Source: Paraspadella gotoi (lineage: Eukaryota; Animalia; Chaetognatha). Taken from it: DNA of 64,000 nucleotides. The notes under the pieces are model-generated. The model was not told where the DNA came from and searched no databases. It saw nothing but the letters and a program-made list of their open reading frames with translations. Location of the stretch: NCBI GenBank assembly GCA_051294375.1, contig CM119267.1, positions 2,863,631 to 2,927,630 of the forward strand. The letters run 5' to 3'. Positions 24,190 through 34,748 of the stretch are shown one piece after another; positions within the stretch are counted from its first letter, which is position 1, and each line of letters begins with the position of its first letter. The position numbers and the translations under genes are program-made.

Positions 24190-26059
24190 TTCATTTTCTT
24201 CCTCAAACATAAAAATAGCAATTAAAATAAATTTAAAACAATCATTATTTATTATACTATTTATTATTCATTATTATTGACAAAAAAAATATATTATTGC
24301 GCAAACTGAGACTCGACGCTAGAGAGGGAAAACAAAATTAAATGGATTAACAAAGGACCGACTGTTGCGTTGGTACCTAAAGTTGGTTGCGGACGTCGAA
24401 TTGTAAAGCTACCCATTAAATTTCGGCATAAATCTTCTTTAGTTTAAATAAACTCATAAAGGTTAAACGGTGGTTAACTTGCAACCAAACAAACATGCTT
24501 CGCAGTCGACCCTTTTTGTTTTCTTTTTATTTCGTAATTCTGATGCAATCGTGTCTTAAAAGTGCGAAATCCTTTTTAAAAATTAAATTAATAATATTAA
24601 TTTTCCGTGATTCTAAAAGTATCGAAGTAATTTTATTATTTAAAATATTTTAGAAAATTGTTTCTATATAATAAATTAATGTTTTTGAAATATCAAATAT
24701 TTAAATCTAATTATCCCACCATCTAGGGATTTTAAGAAAGAAAGTTTTGAATTATACATCGCGTAAGTATTGAATTGTGTTTACTCTTTGAATCCCAACA
24801 GATCGATCGAATGCATCGCTAAGGGTTAAACCGTGAACCTACGATCTTCTTTCAATAAGTTGTGGTCCAGCTCTATCCCTCCAGTAACGAGAGTGAGAGC
24901 GAGAGCCAAAGAGAGCGAGAAGACCAACTGAGTTGCTTCGAAAACGAAACCAAAAAAAAAAATCCCGAATTCGACGAAGGATGTCTAAAGTTCACGCATC
25001 ATCCCAGATTTTTGCGGTTTTTTAAGGATGAAGTGAATCGCATGAGGGAAAACGCGTCGGTCTTTTTTTTTTTGGGTGAGTTTAACGAGTGCAATAGTGT
25101 AATTTTTTTTTTTACTTTTTCTTCACTTCGATTTTAAAGTTTTTTTAATATTTCATTCACCATATATATATATTTACTTATATACTGATAACATAGAGGG
25201 ATCGAAAACATTATCGATTCCGCGTTCTCACTTCACGGGCGTATAAAACTTATGTGGTTTTATCAATTCATAATTTCATCATGCAATCATCATCATCCTC
25301 ATAGACATAGCTCTGTGCGTTGCCACAATTCTCTGCCTCCTTTCATCATTTCCGAGAAATATACAAAGAATTTCTCGTGTTCCAATAAGCAGTCGTGGAA
25401 CTTGAGTAAATCTCAGTAAAAACTCGAAAAAACACATCGTAGAATTTTAACTTCTGTTTAAAATGTAAATAATAAATTGGAGGCACGAGATTCGGCGATG
25501 ATTCATGACCCAAATTCACAAACTCCAGAAGAGAAGAAAAAATCTTCAAGACTGAAGTAAAGATAAGACGCAAAAAAAATTTGTTTTGAATTTAAACAAG
25601 AAAAAAATGTTTTCGTGAAATGCGGATTATCGTAAGAAAAAAAAAGGCGATTGTGTAATGTTTCCTCGCTAGACATGGATTAAAACGCCACCTTTAGTCG
25701 AATCATTTTCGAAATCCCAATGACGACCGACGATGAAGTCCGTCGTCCAAAGTTATCACCTCGATTCGTCTCGATTTGTCAGTCTCGATCCTCAAATTTT
25801 TACTTAATAAATTCTTTCTTTTTTTTTGTTACCACTGAAGATCGAGCGCGGATTACGTCATCGACAGACGCGGTGGATGGTCGTCGCTTCGGACGTTGGC
25901 CTCGACTGACGATAATGAACCCAAAAAAAATTATTCTCTTGATTTAAAAATCCAATAATTCCTCATCAGAAATGGATTCTCGTCCATTCGTTCGTCGACT
26001 TGGACTCCGTCACATCGCTACAGACTTTAATTTTAAAGACTTCTCAATTTCTTCCGCGA

Positions 26060-26764
26060 ATGGCGTTTAGATTTCCCGCCGAACCGGATGAAGACGGTCG
26101 TGGGCGGCCGTCGTCCCGCCCACCGTCTCGCCCGATTTCTCGCCACTCTCCCACGCTGCTTTCCTTGATCTCCACTCCTCCACCCGCCCAGCGTGCCTTA
26201 CGCGGCGTCGGGATCGCCCACGTGATTTCCGGGGCGGGATTCATGCTGCTTCATCTTTTCGACGCTGTTTTCGTCACCGGAAGTCTGCTTTTCACCATCT
26301 GGGTGGGGTTTTTCTTCGTTCTCGACGGCGTCTTTTGCCTCTTCGGTCACATCAAATCGACGGCGACGCTCTCTGCACTCAACGGCCTCGCCGCCCCGTT
26401 TCTTGTTCTATTTTTAGCGCCGAAACGTCTCTGCCAAGAGTCGACTACGACGAGGGGCGCTCTAGATTGCGCCACGCCTTGGTCCGCGGCGCTGGCCGCC
26501 GGTTGCGTCTTCTTTTGCGTCTTCGAAATGTGTTTGGCTTTAGCATCTGTCGGCATCTGCGTGAAGCTGGTCTGCGATCGGCGCCGGGTTCCGGACGCTC
26601 GTACAATGTGGGCCGGCGATGGTTCGACGGCGTGGTTGGCGGTGCCGATGACGGGGGCGCCCTCGTCAAGAGCGACGTCGAGATCCTCGTCCGCGTTCGT
26701 CATTAACGTCGACGCCGCTGACGTTAACTACGCGCGAGAAATTCCAACCATTCAACTAAGTTAA
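26060..26764 (+). CDS. MS4A/CD20-like four-transmembrane protein, 234 aa, intronless
   Basis: Four hydrophobic segments; family-like patterns GIAHVISG, IWVGFFFVLDG, and FEMCLALASVGICVKLVC (E in TM4 followed by C..C). Confidence 0.7.
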   Translation: MAFRFPAEPDEDGRGRPSSRPPSRPISRHSPTLLSLISTPPPAQRALRGVGIAHVISGAGFMLLHLFDAVFVTGSLLFTIWVGFFFVLDGVFCLFGHIKSTATLSALNGLAAPFLVLFLAPKRLCQESTTTRGALDCATPWSAALAAGCVFFCVFEMCLALASVGICVKLVCDRRRVPDARTMWAGDGSTAWLAVPMTGAPSSRATSRSSSAFVINVDAADVNYAREIPTIQLS

Positions 26765-27338
26765 GCCTTAACTTAAGGAGATTAAATCAATTACTACTAG
26801 ATTAGTATCAACTCTTGACTATGAAATTGAAAATGCTTGATTGATATAACGTTTTCGCCTTTTTTTATGTATATTTTTTTCCTCATAAAATAGTAGTGTT
26901 AAACAACATTCCAAGAATGTTTAATTTTGTAGTAGTTATATCTGGAAATGTTTTTACTTTAGCATGCCTCAGTTTATTAAGTGCTCGGTTTTTGTTTAAC
27001 TTTAAGCAAAGACACAACGAGCATATAATTTTTAGTTTTATGTATCAGACTGATAATCAGTCTGTGAAAATGAAAAAAATTATTCAAATTTATATTGTAA
27101 CGTCTTTATTTATTTCTGCCTGTTTTTTTAGTATTTTACAATAATCATCCGCTACTAGCGTTACTAATGTTTTGTAATTTGCATCTCTTGAAATCGATTT
27201 AAATATAAATAACTTATTTTTCATCAATATTTATTTGTATTCTAACCACATTTAGTTTCATGCGTTTTAAGATCCATTTACTAGTATCCATTCTTTTCAC
27301 GATTTAAGGTGACTCGATATAGAAAATTCATAAAAAAT

Positions 27339-29753
27339 ATGAATTCACTTAGCGAACTAAAACTGAAGATCCCGATCAACTCAAAGTCAAAGAGTTTGAT
27401 TGTGGCTGCGCCCGGCTTGGAACGCCCCGATATCAACGATCTCTACGCGGAACATGATAAGAAGGCGACGATCGCCTCCTACCTCCGCGCCCTCGACGAC
27501 GAAATCGAAGAAGGTAGACCGTCCCTCGAGAAATCCGTCTACGAATGGGAAGACTCTTTTCCTCGAAAATGGTGGGAGAGAAAGAAAGCCACGGTTTCTC
27601 CGTCTTTGTCCTTCGAAAAGGGATGCTTTTTGTTCAACCTTGCCGTCATGGAGCGACATCAGGCGTCACTCTGCGATAACGCTCTTGTACGAGCCAGGTC
27701 AGTTAAAAAAAAAACAAAAGATTCTTGTATTTCTTCTCCTAGTTGCGACCCATGGCCTCTCCGGCCCGTCCAATGAATAAAAACCTATTAAAAGTTGTAT
27801 TTTCTCTATTGGTACTCTTTGGTATTTACCAAAATAATGACCTGAAATCGTCTTTAATTTATTAAAAGTTATTAAACAATTATTCTCCTTACTTATTATA
27901 TTCTAATATATTATTATTTCGCCGTAAATAGTATACTTTCCACTTCATTGATAGGGAAGCCAGGTACACTGGGAGTGAATAAATGAGACTGTGAGAGAGT
28001 CTTGATTGAAAGCTTGCAGGGACTTATGTCATTATCTTGTAAGAGTGATGGAGGCCTTAAACCACCAAAGCCTGTCCAAATTTATTTATTAAATGAATGG
28101 ATAATTTTTATATTGGTTGTACCAACAAAACTGAATTTTTAAAAACTCGCCACAAAACCGGTTTTTTTTATCCTTCGCTTTCTTATTTATATTTAATTGT
28201 CATTTTATTTTTAATTTTTTTATCATATTCTCAGGTCGTTTTCCACCGCGGCTGATCATTTCAATGATGCTCAACGATGTCTCCAAGAGGCAAATGTAAT
28301 TAATAAGTTGACGCGCGACTTGCGACCGAGGACTCTGTTTACACTCTGTAACTATTCGTCCGCGGAAGCCCAGGAAGCGGCGCTGGAAGCCGCTGGACCG
28401 GAAGAGCACATATTAAAGGCGTCCTTGGCGGCCAAAGCGTCCCAAAGTTTCGAGGAAGCTTTGATTTCTATTGATAAGCAAAAATGGAACAAAGGGTTTC
28501 CTAAGCTCATATTGGTGAGTATATATCGTGATGGTTTTTTTGAAAATATTTCTGGACCTTTTTTGAGCCAATCCTTTCAGGCCAAAAAGCTTCAAATGGC
28601 CGCTGCCGCCCAGCGATTCGAAGCTCAACGTTGTCTGACGGAAAGCGAAACGGCGTCGACTCGCGCCAACAAACGCGGCGAAGCAATCGCTCGACTCTCC
28701 AAAGCGGTCGACCTTCTTCGCGAAGCCTACGGCGCTTCTCCCTCTGGGATTCTCAAATCGGCTCGGTCAGAGATCGAGGACGAGTTGGCAGAAGTGGAGC
28801 GAACCAACTCGAGGATCTACCACGAAAGGATCCCGCGATTCGCGGAGCTCGACGGCGTCGAGGGATTGCGCTGGAACCGCGCGTTTCTTTGGGAAGATCC
28901 CGATTTCGTTCCCGGCGATTCGATTCTACCCTCGACCGATCAAGGATCGACTTGGCTACGACCTTTCGAGATCTGCGACAAGCCCCAATTCTTCGTCGAC
29001 GGAATCTCGAGATTCGATGCGCAACAGGGCCGGCTGGGCGACTGCTGGTTCGTGGCTGCGCTTGCCGCTCTGGTTAGCGACCAGAAAGCTTTCGGAAAGA
29101 CCGTGCCGCGGCAGGACTTCGGCGACGCATACGAGGGAAAGTTTCGCTTTAACCTTTGGTGGAAGAAACGACGGTTGACGATCGAAATTGACGATCGACT
29201 CCCGACGACCCTAATCGGTGGGAAGGTGTCCTTCATGAGAACCAAGGACGGCGAATTTTGGCCGGCTCTGTTGGAAAAGGCCGTGGCAAAAATGCTCGGG
29301 GGTTATCAGTTTCTCCACGGCGGTTTTCCGATAGACGCGCTGCAGATTCTCACTGGACGAGAGAGCGAGGTCTTGATGATCCAAGAGTTGAGTTCCCGCG
29401 ATCTATTCCATCAGTTAAAAGCGTCGCACGAATCCGGTGCGATCATCACGTGTGCGAGAATGAGAGAAGATTACTTCGGAGGTTTACCAGGAGGTCATGC
29501 TTACACCGTAACGGGCGTTGAAATAGTGCGGGTGATGGCTGGAGGCACCGTTGATCTGATTCGAGTCCGAAATCCATGGGGGAATTCGGTGGAATGGAAA
29601 GAAAAGTGGTCGGACACGAGCGAAGCATGGAATGGCGTCTCGGACGATGAGAAACGTCGAATTGAGTTTTTATCTCGACGTGACGGAGAATTTTGGATGG
29701 AAAAGGAAGATTTTTGTTTGGCCTTTCAACAAACGTCGATCTGCCAAATCTGA
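27339..29753 (+). CDS. Bro1-domain / calpain catalytic (CysPc) fusion protein, ~603 aa; exons 27339-27697, 28235-28514, 28581-29753
   Basis: GT-AG junctions keep frame (phase 2, phase 0). Bro1: YEWEDSF, SLSFEKGCFLFNLA, AEAQEA..ASLAAKA, GEAIARL, NSRIYHERIP. Calpain: QGRLGDCWF (Cys 29043), GHAYTVTG (His 29496), RVRNPWG (Asn 29571), DGEFWM. Confidence 0.9.
27809..28125. mobile_element. MITE-like repeat family D in intron 1 of the Bro1-calpain gene
   Basis: Ends ATTGGTTGTACCAA, starts TTGGTAC; internal TATCTT..AAGAG.GATGGAGGCCTT..TGTCCAAA shared with 59911-60201. Confidence 0.55.
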
Positions 29754-30508
29754 GAGCTCTATCATGGGTATTTTATCCTTAAGACTGATGATTTTGTGTT
29801 TTAAAAAAATTCAATCGACTTTTTTTTCGCTACTTACATCTTGTTTTAATTTTAGTATACTTATGGCTGTTATTAATTCGATAATTAAATTTTACTACTT
29901 TACTTTTTACTAATTTACTTTGTCCGAAATCTTAATACAGAATTGTTTTATTGTAGACTAAGATTTAGTACTTTGCTCATTTTAAAGATATATTCCACTT
30001 TGTAATCCTGACTAAATTACCCTTAATTTTACATTTAAATGTCTTTCATTGTCCTATTTAACCAATGCTGTTTTGATATGCTTTGCTTTTATTGAGTATT
30101 ATTGTTTTTAGAGTATAATTTCTCTTACTGTGACAATTTTTTCCATTTTAAGCAAAATTTTACTCGAGTCACTAAATGACTAATAAATTCTTGCCACTTG
30201 TGTTCATATTTTTTTGCCCTACATATTAGAATTACATTTCGAGTTATTTAAAGTAAAGCCTCATACTAGACATATATTTGTTATCAGTTTTTATCTCAAT
30301 TCTTATTTCACTTAAAATTTGTAACGGCTTTTTTTACAGCGCCGCTGAGGCATTGTTTGCAGTCTTTTATTTTTCTTTGTATTTCTTATTGTAGGTTCAG
30401 AACTAATCTCAGAGAAGTCAGGGTTGACCTATTTTTATCATTCCTACTCGTTAAACGCTGATCAATGTTAAGCTAGCGTATCTCGGGTCCGATGAGGGCT
30501 CTATCACA

Positions 30509-31064
30509 ATGTCACAAAGTGGCTGCCCGCAACAATCTCGAATTTCCCGTCAGAAAATATCGTCTTACAAAACTGACAATGGCATAGAGAAATTGGATTC
30601 TCCAGTGGTCGACCCGATTCCGTCTCTCGACATCGAATCCGACAACTCTGTGTCTGACGGTAGTCATCATTCCGATCGTGTCTCAAAGACCAACTCCACA
30701 TCTTCTCCCCCGATCGATGTGACGGAACAGCAAGGTAATCGTTTTTCTGTCGCTCTGGCGTCGAAGATTGTTGAAAACAATGCAAGCGACCACGAACTTG
30801 TGAACTTGAAGAAAAAAGAAAATGGAGGAAAAAACTCGTTCCGCAAAAAGAAAAGTGACTGTGAAAATTTTACTGAGACGCAGCGAAACACAAACAATGA
30901 TTATTCCGCATCGGGTAAGCTAAATTCTCTTTTGGAATTAGTCAATCTTTACTATATTTTTCAAAAAAGAGCTAATGAGCAAATTAACCTTAGAAAAGTA
31001 TTTTTTTAACACTATCCGCTAAATTCTTTGTTGGAAACTCTCTCTCTCTCTCTCTCTCTCATTC

Positions 31065-31119
<55 letters not shown>

Positions 31120-32536
31120 CTCCCCCCTCTCCCTCCTCCCTCCAACTCAATGTTTGTAAAAATTTTTTGTGTCTTTTTCAAATGCTGATGAAGGCTTGAA
31201 GAACAAAGCCGAAACATGTTCAAATTTTATGTTAATAAAATTATTTTGTTGTTCCACGAAAATTTCGTTTCTTCTAACAAAAGAAAAGAAAATGCTTTGT
31301 TTACTTCTTAGTTGATCAAAGACTCGGACGGACCAAAAATGGGGCCATTCTCTCAATCTTCAAAAAATTGCAAACTTCATTTATTGAAGACGGGACAAGT
31401 GACGACGTCCCGTTCGTTCATGCAGCGCTTCCCCATCAAAGTGCCTCGTCTCAAAACTGCAAGCTGTGCGGCCGACAAGTACCGGCGCAGGCGAGAGCCC
31501 TTTTGTGCGACAATTGTCACGATTGGACGCACATCTCCTGCCTCAAGACCAACGTATGGATCAAAGAAGTGGGCGTGATCAATGTGCGGAAAGAATATGA
31601 GCGCCTGATGGACCTGGAGTCTTTTAGCTGGGTATGTCCCAAATGCGAAAAATCTGTATATCCATCGCGCATTCAACGCTGCGAAGAAAGGTGAATGACG
31701 TTTGACATTCGAAATTTATTGGTTGCTAATCGAGATGAAAATATGATTAACCCAACAATTTCAGGCCTCTACTGGATAGAACGAAATGCTCGATCACGGT
31801 TCCACCAAAAATCACTGATGTTGTTAGAAAAACTCTGACAGAAAGTCAGTTGGAGACTGATAACGCTCCTGGTGTCAAGGAGGCGTCTCAAAGACGACGA
31901 GAAGAATCCGAGTCGCTTGGAGGTGACGATTCTGGAAGCGACTCTTGGGCGATTCACCCAACACGAGGAAATCGGGTCGGAAAAGAAAGCGTAGTCACTT
32001 TGCGTTCAAACGGAACTGGATTCACTGACGTCAACGTGGACACTTCGGTAGAAAACGATGGCAACGTGGGAATCACGAATCCTGTCACGGGCGGCTTTAA
32101 AGGAAACGACGAATCCTTCGCGCGTTCCGATCGTCAACTCTCTGCTAATTACGATGATCCTGTTGTGGCGTCTGATCGCAACAACTTTGCCGCTCTCGGG
32201 CAAAACCCCGTCAATGAATCGTCCCGACAGTCATCGCCTGACGACGATGTGGAGGTTCTCTACGTGGAGAGTTTCCTGACTGAAAAAAAGCACGACTGCT
32301 TCTTGTGCGACGCCAAATTTTGTCTTCGCGACAACCTTCTGACGCACTTTGCGTCCCACGTGGAAAAGTTGGTCCGCTGTGACTTTTGTTTGGAGACTTT
32401 CTCGACTACGAAGAAAACGAGCGATCATTTTCTCGCCATCCACGGTCTCTTCGAAAGATTATCTTGCGACGTTTGCGCCAGATCCTTTTGGTTGGAAAGA
32501 GATTTAAAGAGGCACAAACGTTTGCACTTGGAATGA
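30509..32536 (+). CDS. PHD finger + three C2H2 zinc-finger protein, ~518 aa; exons 30509-30914, 31312-31690, 31765-32536
   Basis: Splice phases 1 and 2 match; C4HC3 PHD CKLC..CDNCHDWTHISC..WVCPKC; C-terminal CFLC..HFASH, CDFC..HFLAIH, CDVC..HKRLH. Confidence 0.85.
31180..31240 (+). ncRNA. Minimal type I hammerhead ribozyme-like motif (Penelope-type) in intron 1 of the PHD gene
   Basis: CTGATGA (31185)-A-GGCTT-gaagaaca-AAGCC-GAAACATGTT, palindromic stem III ACATGT, AATAAA ~15 nt downstream; stem I weak. Confidence 0.6.
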
Positions 32537-32708
32537 CTTCTTTACTATTAGATTATCTTTTCCATTTACCTCGACTTCTATCTACTGGGTCAAGTTTTTT
32601 TTGTTTGTTTTTCATCAAAAAGATCTACCCGAGAATTAATTGATCGGTTGAAATTATTACAAAAAATTTTTATGCTACGTTTTAATTATTTGTATAGATA
32701 ACCTGCAC

Positions 32709-34593
32709 ATGAAAATGCGGATCTTAGTGATATTACTTTTTATTGTTGTTTCTTCGGAATGTTCGGCGTTGCCAAATTTCGTCGTGGCCTTTATGGACGA
32801 TATGGGCTGGGGCGATTTAGGCTGTTTTGGCAACTCTGCCATGGAAACGCCGAATTTGGATCGACTAGCTCGGGAGGGAACTTTGCTCACGGATCTCTAC
32901 GTTGCTAATCCTCTTTGTACTCCTTCCCGAGCTGGTACAGGATATAGACACTTGTGCTTGGTCAGAAAAAAAATTATAAAATATAATCATTACTGGCGAT
33001 AGCTTTATTAACTGGGAGACTTCCGGTACGAAACGGGTTTTACACGACCAACGCCCATGCAAGAAATTCCTATGCCCTGCAGACACTTTTGGGCGGGATT
33101 CAAGATAATGAGGTTCGAAAAACCCGTTTGTTACACATTTTTACGCATATTTTAGATTTAAAATATGATGTCGTAATACAGCGATTAAGAAAAACGTAAT
33201 ATATTTAAAAATTGTTCCAGGTATTGCTCCCCGAACTTCTCCGTCAACGAGGCTACAGCAGCAAGTTGATAGGCAAATGGCATCTCGGACATCGCGATCC
33301 TTTTCTTCCACTACGTCACGGATTCGACGAGTACTTCGGAGTTCCAAACACACACCCGGGGCCTTTCGACGGGATAACGGCTCCCAACATTCCCGTCTAC
33401 GACAACGACGAAATGGTTGGCCGGTTATTCGAGGGAGACTTTCAAATCAACTTGAGCACTCACGAGTCTAACTTGACGATGAAGTACCTCAACGCTTCCC
33501 TGGATTTTATAAGGTGATTAAACTTAATAAATACTTAGCCATATGTCTGAAAAAGAAGATCAACTATCTACTAGTAAGCGTAACTCTTTAGACGCAACGC
33601 CAACCAGAGTCGCCCGTTCTTTCTATACTACGCACCGGACGCGTCGCACGACGTAGTCTACGCCTCGCGCCGGTTTCTCGGCCGCAGCCGCCGCGGCCCG
33701 TACGGCGACGCAGTGATGGAGCTCGATTGGAGCGTCGGGGAGATCGCGCGAGAATTGCAAAGGCTCGGGATCGACGACAACACTTTGATCTTTTTCTCTT
33801 CGGACAATGGCGCCGCGACGTGGCTTCACGAAATGGGCGGCCTGACCGGCCCCTTCCTCTGCGGCAAGCAGACAACCTTCGAAGGTGGCGTCAGATCCCC
33901 CGGTATCGCTTGGGGCATGGGAACCGGCGGCGGCGCGATTATCCGACAACAGGCGTCGTTGATGGATTTGTTTCCGACGTTTTTGAAGATGGCGGGGATC
34001 GAGGTTCCTTCTAACTTAACTCTCGACGGCATTGATCTGTCCAAACAACTTTTCATTGGAGATGCGGCAACGGAAAGCGGCTTCCAACCGGAAAGTCTCC
34101 GCCCAATCTTTCACTATCGGGGTGACGAGCTTTTCGCCGTTCGAATCGGACTTCACAAGACTCACCTGTGGACGTGGACATGCGGTAAATAACATGGAAT
34201 TTATTAAACAAATGTATTACTATTAGACAAACGCATAATAATTTTTCGCACAACTCAGGGAAAGAATTGGGTTTCAACTTTTGTCCGGGCGAAGTTATCG
34301 ACGGAGTGACAACGAGCGTTCAAACCAACCGCACAACGAATCCCATCGTCTACCATCTCGGCCGCGATCCCGGGGAAAAGTTTCCACTTTCGCCAAAATC
34401 GCACGAATATCAGAACGCGGTGACGCTCGCCCGTGTCGCTGTGGAGAAGCATAAGGCGTCGCTGAAGATGGCCGAACCGCAGATGAACTGGTGCGACCTC
34501 GGCGCGCAAAACTGGCGGCCAAAAGGATGCGAGAAGCTGGGGCAATGCTTGAAGGGATTACCGTCGAAACAGTACAAATGCGTCTGGGACTTT

Positions 34594-34596
<3 letters not shown>
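32709..34596 (+). CDS. GALNS: N-acetylgalactosamine-6-sulfatase; exons 32709-32934, 33003-33112, 33221-33513, 33592-34184, 34259-34596
   Basis: Signal peptide, [10 protein letters not shown], formylglycine motif CTPSRAALLTGR, GALNS-specific [50 protein letters not shown]; all junction phases match. Confidence 0.95.
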
Positions 34597-34636
<40 letters not shown>

Positions 34637-34748
34637 AATTTATTCTTTAACCACGTTAAACAAATTGATGCTTTTTGTACTGTATTCTTTAATAAATTAA
34701 ACGGGTTTGCACGCTCTCGCAGTTTGTGTTTTTTCATTAAAATTAAAA

